Virus record (IMG/VR): IMGVR_UViG_3300047561_001367
Coordinates: 1-64,000 of that record
Strand: one strand, 5' to 3'
DNA length: 64,000 bases
Source of the DNA: a virus
Taxonomy: Duplodnaviria > Caudoviricetes
Positions 36,180-45,650 of this stretch are shown here, piece after piece. The number at the start of each line of letters is the position of its first letter. Position 1 is the first letter of the stretch. The translations under genes and the position numbers were made by a program. The notes under the pieces were generated by a model. That model worked only from the letters and a program-made list of their open reading frames with translations. It did not search any database and was not told where the DNA came from.

Positions 36180-36962
36180 ATGGGTGATTATAGTGAAGAC
36201 TGGTTACAGCATTTAAATAAAGAAAAAACTTCGTGGGAAGCCGCTAAAAAATATAAATTTTTCGATAATAATTCTGACGAATTGGTTGTTATTTTTACTG
36301 GGCAAGGTAAATTAGTAATGTTTGATTTTTATAAAATATTTGGTCCCGTTTCAAATAAAAAATTAGATAGTTTATTTTTTTGTGATTTAAATGATGGGTT
36401 TTATTTAAGTGGAGTTCAAGGCTTTTCAAAAAGTGTTGAGGAAACTTGTGAAAAAATATCTGATTTTGCTAATAAAAAAAATTATAAAAAAATATCCTTT
36501 ATTGGAACTAGTATGGGCGGATTTGCATCTATTATGCATTCGATATATTTAAAAAATTTACAAACGGTTAAACAAATTAAAACAATGGTATTTAATCCAT
36601 ATACTTCTATTGGAAAAGTTGAATATAATGGTATGTTAAAAAAAATTAAACCAGATATAATATTTTTTCTTCAACAGCGCGGTATTCCGAGGGCGCAAGC
36701 AATAGAATTAATTTTAAATTACAAGCAAGAATATTTAAATTTAGATCATATAATAAATAACAATATATTTTTAGAAAATATTGAATATACTTATATGGTT
36801 ATACATGGGGACGTAGAAGTCGAAATAAAGAGATGTAATAAATTAAAAAATTTACCTAATTTACAAAAATTAAAATTTCCGATAGCACAGCATAATATAG
36901 CTAGAGTGTTAAAACAAGAAAATTTATTGTTGCCTATATTGGAAAAATTTGTAAATATATAA
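36180..36962 (+). CDS. alpha/beta hydrolase-fold protein
   Basis: GTSMGG nucleophile elbow; C-terminal His. Confidence 0.7.
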   Translation: MGDYSEDWLQHLNKEKTSWEAAKKYKFFDNNSDELVVIFTGQGKLVMFDFYKIFGPVSNKKLDSLFFCDLNDGFYLSGVQGFSKSVEETCEKISDFANKKNYKKISFIGTSMGGFASIMHSIYLKNLQTVKQIKTMVFNPYTSIGKVEYNGMLKKIKPDIIFFLQQRGIPRAQAIELILNYKQEYLNLDHIINNNIFLENIEYTYMVIHGDVEVEIKRCNKLKNLPNLQKLKFPIAQHNIARVLKQENLLLPILEKFVNI

Positions 36963-36964
36963 TT

Positions 36965-37270
36965 ATGATATTTAATATTCAAGAAATAAATTTAATAAAG
37001 TTAAGTTTAAAAAATTTTATAGCATCAGTTGACTATACTGAGAATCAAGACTATATTGATGAAAATAAAAACGATTATTTTTATATAAAAGATTTGACGC
37101 ATCGATTATATGAAAAATTAGACTATACTGGTAAAGATTTAGAAATGATTAAAGCCTATCTCAAGGAGTATATTTTTGATTTAGACGAGAAACGGTATGA
37201 GGCACAAACTCAACTTGATAATATCATTAAAGAAAAAGCTTCTATTTATTTATTAATTAATAAATTATAA
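36965..37270 (+). CDS. hypothetical protein
   Basis: ORF track. Confidence 0.7.
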   Translation: MIFNIQEINLIKLSLKNFIASVDYTENQDYIDENKNDYFYIKDLTHRLYEKLDYTGKDLEMIKAYLKEYIFDLDEKRYEAQTQLDNIIKEKASIYLLINKL

Positions 37271-37301
37271 AAGTAAGTGTAAGTATTTATAATATTTAGA
37301 T

Positions 37302-39107
37302 ATGCCGACATACGAAGACGTTTCTATTGAGAGTAAGTCAGAATTTGATACTTCTGATTTACTTTTTTCATTCACTCGACCAATACAACTTTGTGCAATG
37401 GAAGTTAATCGTATAGATAATAATAAAATTATTATAGCGTCTAAGTTGAAAAATATTGCGCTATTAGAAGAACAAAGTGTAAATTTAAAAATGGATACAA
37501 TGAAAGATTTTAAATATTCGATTCGTTTTGATGGAATTATAGTTCAAGCGATGGTTTCATCTGATGAGGACAAGTATTTAGCCGTAGCTTCGGTTGACCA
37601 ACTAAAAGAATACCTTCCAAAGAATGTTGATCTTGACGTTAATCGTGATTTAATGGGCGTTGCTTTTGATGCTTTTGTTGTTAATCGCGGAAATAAAAAC
37701 GGCCACATTATCAGTACGGATGTTGCGTTAGCAATGGTAGAGAATTTTATTAATAAGCCTTTTAACATCGAACATAACCGTAAAGTTGTTGTAGGCGTTT
37801 GTACTGGATATGGATTTAGCGAGTTTGGTACTAGTAAACCATTAACTCTTGAAGAAATCAAAGCAAAGAAAGATCCTTTTAATGTTGTTCTATCTGGTTA
37901 TGTATGGAAAATTGTAAATCCAGAATTTGCGGCTGAACTCGTAGATAGCAGCGACCCATCTTCTGATCAATACCTTTCTGTTAGTGCAAGTTGGGAGCTT
38001 GGATTCAATGAATTCAATATCGCCAAAGGCAGTAAAAATTTAGCAGATGCTTCTATTATAGAAGACGAAGACAAAATCATTGAATTAAAAGATCGCCTAA
38101 AAGTATTCGGTGGGAATGGTGCCACTGAAGATGGTGATATAATTTTATTAAATTTACAAGGCAGTGTTCTCCCGTTGGGCATTGGTTTCACAAATACTCC
38201 AGCCGCTGAAGTAAGTGGCGTTGCTATTTCTTACGATAAACCAGAACAAACAAAAGCCGAAGTTACGAATATGAAATATACATGCGCAAAATGCGGATAC
38301 AACGGGATAAAAGCTGACGCTTGTCCTGAATGTGGATGCGAAGATTATACAGAGATGGAAACTGAAAATGAAAACGAGCTTCCGGCTTCTGAAAATAATA
38401 TTAATAAAAAAAGTGTCCTAGAGGATAATAAAAATGTAAAAAATATTATGCACATTAATAATGTTGATGATATTACGGAAGATTCCATTAAGGAAATAGC
38501 TGCAAGTCATGTTCGTGAGTTTATTTCGAATAAGATTGCTGAGTTAGCAACTGAATGGAAATCGAAAGTCGAAGAAAAAGAAACCGCGCTTAAAGCTGCT
38601 GAAGATCAAATCGCTGCATTGAAAACCGATTTAGATTCTATCAAAGCAGATAGTGATAAAGTAAAAGAAGAATTCGTTGCTATTCAAGAATCTTTGAAAG
38701 CTAAAGAAATCGAAGCTACTTTCCAACATCGTATGGCCATTCTTGATGAAGAGTTCGACTTGACTGATGAAGATCGCACTATCATTGCTGAAGATTTAAA
38801 TGCCATTGAAAATGATGAACAATTTGAAAAATGGTACAAGAAGTTTTCTACATTTGCCGCTGCTAAAAAGAAATCGGCTAAAGTTGTCAAAAAAGAAGCC
38901 ATGAAAGAAGGCGAGCCAGCCCCTAAAGAAATGAAGGAAGAAAAGGCCGCTGAAATCGTAGCCAGTGAAAAAACTGTAGAAGAAGTAATTTCGAGTGTTG
39001 AGGTAAAGGAAGAAGTTCTTCCAAACGCTTCCTCGCCTCAAGAGGCTACATTGGTCGAAAAGATCAATGCGGCTTTCAATAAAAATAGCGTAAAAATTAA
39101 TAAATAA
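37302..39107 (+). CDS. prohead protease-scaffold fusion
   Basis: N.NG..I, KPFNIEH, SASWE, GFT..PA (HK97/herpes-fold-like); acidic coiled-coil C-terminus; upstream of the capsid genes. Confidence 0.8.
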   Translation: MPTYEDVSIESKSEFDTSDLLFSFTRPIQLCAMEVNRIDNNKIIIASKLKNIALLEEQSVNLKMDTMKDFKYSIRFDGIIVQAMVSSDEDKYLAVASVDQLKEYLPKNVDLDVNRDLMGVAFDAFVVNRGNKNGHIISTDVALAMVENFINKPFNIEHNRKVVVGVCTGYGFSEFGTSKPLTLEEIKAKKDPFNVVLSGYVWKIVNPEFAAELVDSSDPSSDQYLSVSASWELGFNEFNIAKGSKNLADASIIEDEDKIIELKDRLKVFGGNGATEDGDIILLNLQGSVLPLGIGFTNTPAAEVSGVAISYDKPEQTKAEVTNMKYTCAKCGYNGIKADACPECGCEDYTEMETENENELPASENNINKKSVLEDNKNVKNIMHINNVDDITEDSIKEIAASHVREFISNKIAELATEWKSKVEEKETALKAAEDQIAALKTDLDSIKADSDKVKEEFVAIQESLKAKEIEATFQHRMAILDEEFDLTDEDRTIIAEDLNAIENDEQFEKWYKKFSTFAAAKKKSAKVVKKEAMKEGEPAPKEMKEEKAAEIVASEKTVEEVISSVEVKEEVLPNASSPQEATLVEKINAAFNKNSVKINK

Positions 39108-39124
39108 CAGAAAGAAAAAATATT

Positions 39125-39661
39125 ATGGCAAATTTAAAACCATTTAGAGATTATAGTGAACATGATGTTATTAACATTTTTGCTGTTAACGCTGAGTCCG
39201 CTAATAAGGGCACAGTAGTTGTAGCAGATGGTAATGGCGTTAATTTCAAAGATAATACCTCTTTAGATAGTATCTCACCATATTCGAACACTCTTTCGGC
39301 GCAATTCAATGTTCCTTGGACAGTTAGCCCAGCCGCGTCTGGTGCTACTAAAGGGGCAATCGTTGGATTACTCTTAAAAGACGTTCGTAAATATGACGAA
39401 AACGGAGAACAGTTAATTTTCAACCCACGTAAAGCGGCTGAAATGGACGTTATCATCACAGGTCAAGCTTGCCCAATCCTTACCAAAGGTTTGGTTCTTG
39501 TCAATGGCATTGTTGGTAGCCCAAATTACGGCAGCGGAGCAGCTGTTTCGGATGCAGGCGGTGGCGATCTCAAAGTCGTTGCTTACGGCAGTGCAACAGT
39601 TGGTAAGTTCCTTGGTCCTAAAAATGACGAAGGTTACGCTTTACTCAAGATTGAACTCTAA
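39125..39661 (+). CDS. capsid decoration/cement protein
   Basis: Small Gly/Ala-rich beta protein between scaffold and MCP. Confidence 0.65.
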   Translation: MANLKPFRDYSEHDVINIFAVNAESANKGTVVVADGNGVNFKDNTSLDSISPYSNTLSAQFNVPWTVSPAASGATKGAIVGLLLKDVRKYDENGEQLIFNPRKAAEMDVIITGQACPILTKGLVLVNGIVGSPNYGSGAAVSDAGGGDLKVVAYGSATVGKFLGPKNDEGYALLKIEL

Positions 39662-39687
39662 TAAATAAGTAGAAAAAATATAAAAAT

Positions 39688-40806
39688 ATGAAAATTCAAT
39701 TTGAAAAAAATCCAGAGCAAATCGAGCTTATCAAGGCTCTTGCCTCTGAGAATAAAACAGTAGCTTTAGAAGCCCAAGAAGCTTTTGCAGCTTTCATCAG
39801 CAACGTAGTTCAGCAAGTTCTTTTACAAGCTGGTACTGCTAGCATGATTTATCGTGATGTCGAGTTCGACGAAGATGATTCTCCATCGATTCCTCTCGAT
39901 TTATATTATGGCTTAAATGAAGGCCATCTTAGCGTATGGTCGCAAACAGTCGGTGGTGGACTCCCAACAAACTTTGTACAAGGTACACAAGAGATGAAGA
40001 TTAATACCTATCGTCTTGACAGTGCTATCTCCATGGACAAACGTTATGTTCGTAGAGCACGTCTCGACGTTGTTGCAGCTGGTTTAGAGCGTATGGCCAA
40101 TGAACTCTTGATCAAACAAGAGCGTAATGCATGGGCCGTTATTCTTAAGTTGCTTGCTGACGCTTCGACCAATAGTACCAATCACGTTTTCCGTGTTGGC
40201 ACGTCTGGAGTTTTCCAGCTTGACGACATGAATAAACTTTGGACTCTTGTTCGCAGACTCAATGCTGCTTATACAGGTGGTACACCACAAGCTCTCCAGA
40301 GCCGTGGTCTTACTGATATCTTTGTAAGTCCAGAGATCAAGGAGCAAATTCGTGCATTCGCTTATCAACCAATGAACACTCGTAGTGGTGGTAGCACCAG
40401 TGCTGGTAACGTTGCGCTTCCTGATAGTGTGCGTGAAGAAATCTATCGTGCCGCTGGTACGAACGAAATCTTTGGCGTAACAATTCATGAAATGCTTGAA
40501 TTAGGCAAGAGCCGTAAGTATAACGATTTGTTTGATACCTTTGCTGGTAACAAGAATTGGGATATTTATGGTGGCACTGGTGGAAGCCAATTCACAAGCT
40601 CGAGTAGCCAATTAATTCTTGGTATCGATGCAAGTCGTAATGCGTTCTTACGCCCAGTCGCTATCCAAAGCGAAAGCCGTGGTCAAGTTAAGGTTCTTCC
40701 TGACGATCAATTCTTGGCTCGTAGCCAAAAAGTTGGTTTCTACAGTTATGTAGAAGAAGGACGCGTAGCCGTTGACGCTCGTGCCGCTGTTGGCTTGATT
40801 GTCTAA
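39688..40806 (+). CDS. major capsid protein
   Basis: 372 aa, synteny, codon bias typical of high expression, followed by a strong terminator. Confidence 0.85.
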   Translation: MKIQFEKNPEQIELIKALASENKTVALEAQEAFAAFISNVVQQVLLQAGTASMIYRDVEFDEDDSPSIPLDLYYGLNEGHLSVWSQTVGGGLPTNFVQGTQEMKINTYRLDSAISMDKRYVRRARLDVVAAGLERMANELLIKQERNAWAVILKLLADASTNSTNHVFRVGTSGVFQLDDMNKLWTLVRRLNAAYTGGTPQALQSRGLTDIFVSPEIKEQIRAFAYQPMNTRSGGSTSAGNVALPDSVREEIYRAAGTNEIFGVTIHEMLELGKSRKYNDLFDTFAGNKNWDIYGGTGGSQFTSSSSQLILGIDASRNAFLRPVAIQSESRGQVKVLPDDQFLARSQKVGFYSYVEEGRVAVDARAAVGLIV

Positions 40807-40829
40807 TCAAAGTTAATAGATTAAAAATT

Positions 40830-40860
40830 AGGGTCATCCGAAAGGATGGCCCTTTTTTTT
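40830..40860 (+). terminator. intrinsic terminator
   Basis: AGGGTCATCC-GAAA-GGATGGCCCT-TTTTTTT. Confidence 0.93.
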
Positions 40861-40895
40861 GGATAAATTACTTATATTCATTAATAATAATTAAT

Positions 40896-41273
40896 ATGAA
40901 AACTCCTAAAAATAAGAAAGCCTCTAGTAAAAAATCCTCTATGTTGCAAATTCATGGCAAGGATGAATCAGAGACAAAGCGGGTACCATCCTCTTTGGAT
41001 GATATTTTAGGGGAAAATTTATCGACTTATACTGCAAAAAGCTCTGATGAGTATAGATCACAATTATGTGAGATGAATATGACTGATCTACAGGCTCATG
41101 CATATAAAATTGGTCTTATTCCGACTGACGATAGGAGAATTTTAACTGATAGGCTCGCCCAAGAGTTTATTAAATGGAATTCTAGGCATGGTAGTAATGT
41201 TGCAGTCGGTAAACTCCAATCAATTGAAGATTTAGATAGTAAAACACGAAAGATCTTGAGAGAGGGCGCGTAG
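40896..41273 (+). CDS. hypothetical protein
   Basis: ORF track. Confidence 0.75.
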   Translation: MKTPKNKKASSKKSSMLQIHGKDESETKRVPSSLDDILGENLSTYTAKSSDEYRSQLCEMNMTDLQAHAYKIGLIPTDDRRILTDRLAQEFIKWNSRHGSNVAVGKLQSIEDLDSKTRKILREGA

Positions 41274-41292
41274 TTTTTGTGTAAAATACTAT

Positions 41293-41817
41293 GTGGAAGA
41301 ATACTTTACAAAATTCATATACAGTGTATATAACGACTTAGGAGAACCCTCAAATTATTCTATTTCAAGGTTAGCCGCATGGTTTTTAGATGGCGCTAAT
41401 ATTGGAAAACTCAATAATTTAATTGGCACAGTTTTATCTGTAAAAAAGACCGAACCCAATTGTGGTACGTTTGGTTATATATTAGATCCAGAGCCATCTA
41501 ATGACCAACTAGCAATCTATAAAATGCTATTTGACTATGAGTACTATAAGAATGAAGCACGTTCTGTAGCTCAAAGTTCGCTTTCTAATGGAAACGATTG
41601 GACAAGTTTAAGAGAAGGTGATAGTGCAATTACTCGAGTAAATAAGAATGAGGTTGCCAAAAATTTTCGTGCGTTAGCTCGTGATACAAAGGAAGATTTA
41701 GAAAAAGCTGTTAAAATGTATCTTAAATATAATGCAGTACCAGATCAAATTGCTGGTGATGACACGCAGGGAACTAATGTTTATATTATAGAAGAATATA
41801 ATCGCGTAACATACTAA
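41293..41817 (+). CDS. head-tail adaptor candidate
   Basis: Synteny; SLREGD..ITR pattern. Confidence 0.55.
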   Translation: MEEYFTKFIYSVYNDLGEPSNYSISRLAAWFLDGANIGKLNNLIGTVLSVKKTEPNCGTFGYILDPEPSNDQLAIYKMLFDYEYYKNEARSVAQSSLSNGNDWTSLREGDSAITRVNKNEVAKNFRALARDTKEDLEKAVKMYLKYNAVPDQIAGDDTQGTNVYIIEEYNRVTY

Positions 41818-41818
41818 T

Positions 41819-42253
41819 ATGGCTAATCTTATTTCAGATGAACAAAGAAACGTATATCAGGCGGCATTTAAAGATATACACGATACATTTTCTAGAAAAG
41901 CTATAGTATATAAAACTCCAAAAAGAATTGTTTTATCAACAACTCCGGATTATAATTTTATGTATACCGATGCACAAGAGGCATTGGACGTTCAATATAT
42001 ACCAGTTAGTGGCGAAATTAATGTGCGTGTTAAATGGTTAAACCCTGCTGAATTAAAAGGTATTAAAGATATTAAAGAAGAAATTCATGGAAATATAGTT
42101 AGATTAAAAATTCATAAAGACGATCTATACTGGTTTGACGATTGGAAAAGAGTAGAAATTGATGGTAAAGTTGTTCAATACTTTGGAACAAGCCAACCAC
42201 ATGGTTTGTTTGAGCCTAATTTTTATACCGTTTATTTAGAACAGAGTGAATAA
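41819..42253 (+). CDS. head closure/stopper candidate
   Basis: Synteny; beta-rich, ..EIDG.. Confidence 0.5.
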   Translation: MANLISDEQRNVYQAAFKDIHDTFSRKAIVYKTPKRIVLSTTPDYNFMYTDAQEALDVQYIPVSGEINVRVKWLNPAELKGIKDIKEEIHGNIVRLKIHKDDLYWFDDWKRVEIDGKVVQYFGTSQPHGLFEPNFYTVYLEQSE

Positions 42254-42255
42254 TT

Positions 42256-42837
42256 ATGGCTGGAAAATTAAATATTGCTCAATTTAAAAATAAGATTTTA
42301 AATAGCCCAGAAGTTAAAAGGGCCGTTTTTAAACAAGTTAATGATCAAGTTCAAAAACAAAAGGCTGATTTATTATCTGAATTTTCTGAACATCCAGTAA
42401 CCCAAGAACTAGAAGGTGGAGAATCAGCTTCTAATGTTTCTAATACATTGGGCGGATATGGAAATTTATTTTCTTTTATTGGTTTTAAGTCTGGATCAAC
42501 CCCTACCGCGCGCGTGAAAACATTATTACGCAATATTAGTGTTAATAAAACTGTTAAAGTTAATGGAGATACGTTTAATGTTACTATCAAAATCCCATCG
42601 CGTGAAGAGTTAGAAAATGCAAGCAAAATTCCATGGGAAAATGGTCGTAGTTGGTTATTTGACATGAGTAAATCTATTTCGGGGTTAGGATCTTACATAT
42701 ATGGAAGATTTAATAATTCAAGATCTGGAACTGGCGTACAAACAAAAATAAATTTTGGCAAAAGAGTTTTTTCTCCTGTAAGTTATTTTGAATCAATGTA
42801 CAATAATTTCGTTAAACGTGTACAAAATATAAAATGA
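42256..42837 (+). CDS. neck/tail completion protein candidate
   Basis: Synteny; basic protein. Confidence 0.5.
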   Translation: MAGKLNIAQFKNKILNSPEVKRAVFKQVNDQVQKQKADLLSEFSEHPVTQELEGGESASNVSNTLGGYGNLFSFIGFKSGSTPTARVKTLLRNISVNKTVKVNGDTFNVTIKIPSREELENASKIPWENGRSWLFDMSKSISGLGSYIYGRFNNSRSGTGVQTKINFGKRVFSPVSYFESMYNNFVKRVQNIK

Positions 42838-43685
42838 AAGCTTCATATTTAAATAATTTTACATCAAGTTTTTTTTTATGGTTAGACCATGAATTATTAA
42901 GTAGAGGCGAGGCTTTTATTAATTATAGTGGAAAACTTTATGGGTCTAGCGATGCTTATTACGATGACACTTCTTCTGTATACGCAAGCCCATTTAAACA
43001 GTGGGTCTACGATTCGAGCATTACTAATGCAATAGTTCCTAGTGGAGTTTATGTAAATAATAATTTTGTTAGTAAAGGTATTAGTGGATTGAGTTTAGAT
43101 TTTAATCGCGGTAGAGTAATTTTCGATAATAATTTTGTTAATACAAATAATATAACAGCTAATTATAGTTTTAAAGAGTTTAATATATATTATACAGATG
43201 AAAAAGAAGAGAAACTTTTATTTGAAAAAGCTTATACATTAACACCTAAAGTTACTATGATTACTGGCGGATTAACAGTGTTAGAAAATCCTTATCCGTG
43301 TGTATTTTTTAAAGTAAAAACAAATGAAAATGTACCTTTTGCTTTTGGGGGTTTGGACACTACAAAAAACTGGGTTAGATGTATTGTTTTAGCTAAAGAT
43401 ATTTTTTCTTTAGATAGTCTAGTTTCGATTTTAAACGACTCCGCTAGAAAAGTATTTCCAGTATTTGAAGCAAAAGATTTACCATTTAATTATATAGGGG
43501 ATTTAAAGAGTGGGGCTTATAATTATAATGATATGTGTAACGCCCAACAGAATAATAAATTAGTATTTATTAAAAAAGTTACATGCACAAAATTTGAAGA
43601 GTCGGAAAATTTATACATTAATAAGAAAACATTGGCTGCTTTTGTAGATTTTGAAATAGAAAGCATAAGAAATCCAAGAAGTTAG
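42834..43685 (+). CDS. tail terminator candidate
   Basis: Synteny directly before the tail tube; YP.V motif. Confidence 0.5.
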   Translation: MKASYLNNFTSSFFLWLDHELLSRGEAFINYSGKLYGSSDAYYDDTSSVYASPFKQWVYDSSITNAIVPSGVYVNNNFVSKGISGLSLDFNRGRVIFDNNFVNTNNITANYSFKEFNIYYTDEKEEKLLFEKAYTLTPKVTMITGGLTVLENPYPCVFFKVKTNENVPFAFGGLDTTKNWVRCIVLAKDIFSLDSLVSILNDSARKVFPVFEAKDLPFNYIGDLKSGAYNYNDMCNAQQNNKLVFIKKVTCTKFEESENLYINKKTLAAFVDFEIESIRNPRS

Positions 43686-43730
43686 AAAAAGAAAAGTGTC
43701 CCAGTCTTATTACAGATGTAATATATAAAT

Positions 43731-44849
43731 ATGAGCAGAAATAGAATCATTTACAACGTTTTAGCGCTTTACTCGAGTCAAGTTCTTCCTAGTGGGATGC
43801 AGACAGGGGTTGGCACAATTAAGCAATTAACTCGCGTGCAATCTTTTGATGAAGATTTTACCAGAAATCTTACTGACGTTAATCAGTTCGGAAATTTAGC
43901 TGCTATTGATCGTATCGAAGTTCAAGCCCCTACTGTAAATGGTTCGCTTTCTTATTACGTTACGGATGGCAGTAATGAAAAATTCCTAGGTCTGACAGTC
44001 GGCCCTAGCGGTGGCGAAGCTGCAGATTTGACTTCTTGTATCTCGGGTATTCTTAATAAAAGTACTGATGAAAAAAATTACTATCTCCTCATCGCTGATG
44101 AAGGTAACGACGCTAGTAATTACAATACCGCAAATGTTAATGGCGGTATGGCTCAAAGTGGCGTAATCGGACTTGGTAATGGATTTATGACTTCTTATAG
44201 CGTAAAAGGCGCTGTTGGTGAAATTCCAACCGCTTCGGTTGATTTAGAAGCTCTTAACGTAAGAGTTTATGCTGACGTTGACGGTGGCGATGATGTTCCA
44301 GCGGTTAACCCTGTAAACGGCCTTCCAATTACTAGCGCACAATTCCGGTTGCCAATGGCAGCTACAAATGTTGATGGTGATCAAGTTTCGGCTTTACAAC
44401 CTGGTGACATTGAATTTACTTTGGATGGTGTTGTAGGTTACGATGAAACAAACTTAAAAGTTCAAGACTTCACATTATCTTTCGACTTGAAGCGCACGCC
44501 TTTACAAAAACTTGGTAGTAAATTTGCATTCTCTCGTGAAATTGACTTCCCAGTAACAGCAAAGCTTGATGTTAATGCAGAAGTTGGAGATTTACAAGAT
44601 GGTAACTTAGCAGATCTTCTTTGCGGTGGAACCACTTACAACTTCACAATCACAATGAAGAAACCAGATTGTAATGGTGCCGGAACGCCATCTATCGCAT
44701 ACGTTTTCAAGGGCGCAAAATTGATTTCTCAGAAATTCAGTTCGGCTATCGGAAATAATGCCAATATGAGTGCTTCTTATGAAGTTCAGTTGGGTAGCCC
44801 ACAGGACAATGTTAAGGGCATCTTTATCTCCGGATCTTACGTTGATTGA
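43731..44849 (+). CDS. major tail tube protein
   Basis: L.RVQS......R..V.QFG, Q.FTLS.DL.R..L..LG; synteny before chaperones and TMP. Confidence 0.8.
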   Translation: MSRNRIIYNVLALYSSQVLPSGMQTGVGTIKQLTRVQSFDEDFTRNLTDVNQFGNLAAIDRIEVQAPTVNGSLSYYVTDGSNEKFLGLTVGPSGGEAADLTSCISGILNKSTDEKNYYLLIADEGNDASNYNTANVNGGMAQSGVIGLGNGFMTSYSVKGAVGEIPTASVDLEALNVRVYADVDGGDDVPAVNPVNGLPITSAQFRLPMAATNVDGDQVSALQPGDIEFTLDGVVGYDETNLKVQDFTLSFDLKRTPLQKLGSKFAFSREIDFPVTAKLDVNAEVGDLQDGNLADLLCGGTTYNFTITMKKPDCNGAGTPSIAYVFKGAKLISQKFSSAIGNNANMSASYEVQLGSPQDNVKGIFISGSYVD

Positions 44850-45353
44850 AACTCAAACGGGCCTGCGGCGGCCAGCGAGTGGTCGCAAGCAGTAACGTAT
44901 AATCCTGGAAATAGGGTTTGGGCTGAAGGGCGCATTTTTGAAGCTACTAGTCAGAACTCCTCTTATCCGTTTTATATTCATATAAATGATCCCGATTATA
45001 TTGTAAATCAAAGGAATAATTGGACTTATATAGGTCAGTTCAATAATAGGCCTAGTTTTGGACGTTTTAGATATATTTGGAAGCATGACCCATCAACTTC
45101 ATCGTCATTAGATTTAGAGGGTTATGTAGATGAATTACAAAATAATTTTCATACAGATGCTGAGGGTCCTGGGTTTACACTACGGAGCACATTAAAGTAT
45201 ATCACTGGTCAAAATAAATGGTATGTTGCGTGCGTTCCTAATCATCTTTTGAATACATGTGGTCCTGATACTATCCATGATAATAATCAATATATTACTC
45301 ATATAAGAGTTAACTCGGGTTGGCAACTAATAGGTTCTGGTAATAAGTTATAA
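44850..45353 (+). CDS. in-frame read-through extension of the tail tube protein (167 aa; CBM5/12-like N-terminus)
   Basis: The same frame stays open for 167 codons after the TGA with no in-frame ATG/GTG; EWSQAVTYNPGNRVWAEGRIFEA...W motif. Confidence 0.75.
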   Translation, partial: NSNGPAAASEWSQAVTYNPGNRVWAEGRIFEATSQNSSYPFYIHINDPDYIVNQRNNWTYIGQFNNRPSFGRFRYIWKHDPSTSSSLDLEGYVDELQNNFHTDAEGPGFTLRSTLKYITGQNKWYVACVPNHLLNTCGPDTIHDNNQYITHIRVNSGWQLIGSGNKL

Positions 45354-45414
45354 GTGGCCTAATTAAATTTTTCAGTGTAAGTTAGTTTAAGGTAAAAGGA
45401 TAGTAAAGGATAAT

Positions 45415-45639
45415 ATGGATATAGATCTCAATAAATTTGTAAGCGGTCTTATTGCTAGAGATGTAAAAAAATTATATCTTTCTTTTCTTTATCTTCTTGA
45501 AGATTTAAAAAATGAGGATAAAATTACCGAAGAAGAATTCCAACGTCTTCGCAAGCGCGTGCTTGACTACGGAAATAATTGTTATAGAAATATAGACGAA
45601 CAATTAAATAGTTTTGATTTCACATTAACTCAAAAATAA
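45415..45639 (+). CDS. hypothetical protein (74 aa)
   Basis: ORF track; GTGTAA motif and AAGGA upstream. Confidence 0.75.
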   Translation: MDIDLNKFVSGLIARDVKKLYLSFLYLLEDLKNEDKITEEEFQRLRKRVLDYGNNCYRNIDEQLNSFDFTLTQK

Positions 45640-45650
45640 TATATATACAT

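Noticed and set aside
44847-44892. Selenocysteine insertion (SECIS) as a firm call
   Set aside because: The hairpin position is compatible, but there is no redox motif around the UGA and no sel genes in the window. Kept only as an alternative to generic read-through.
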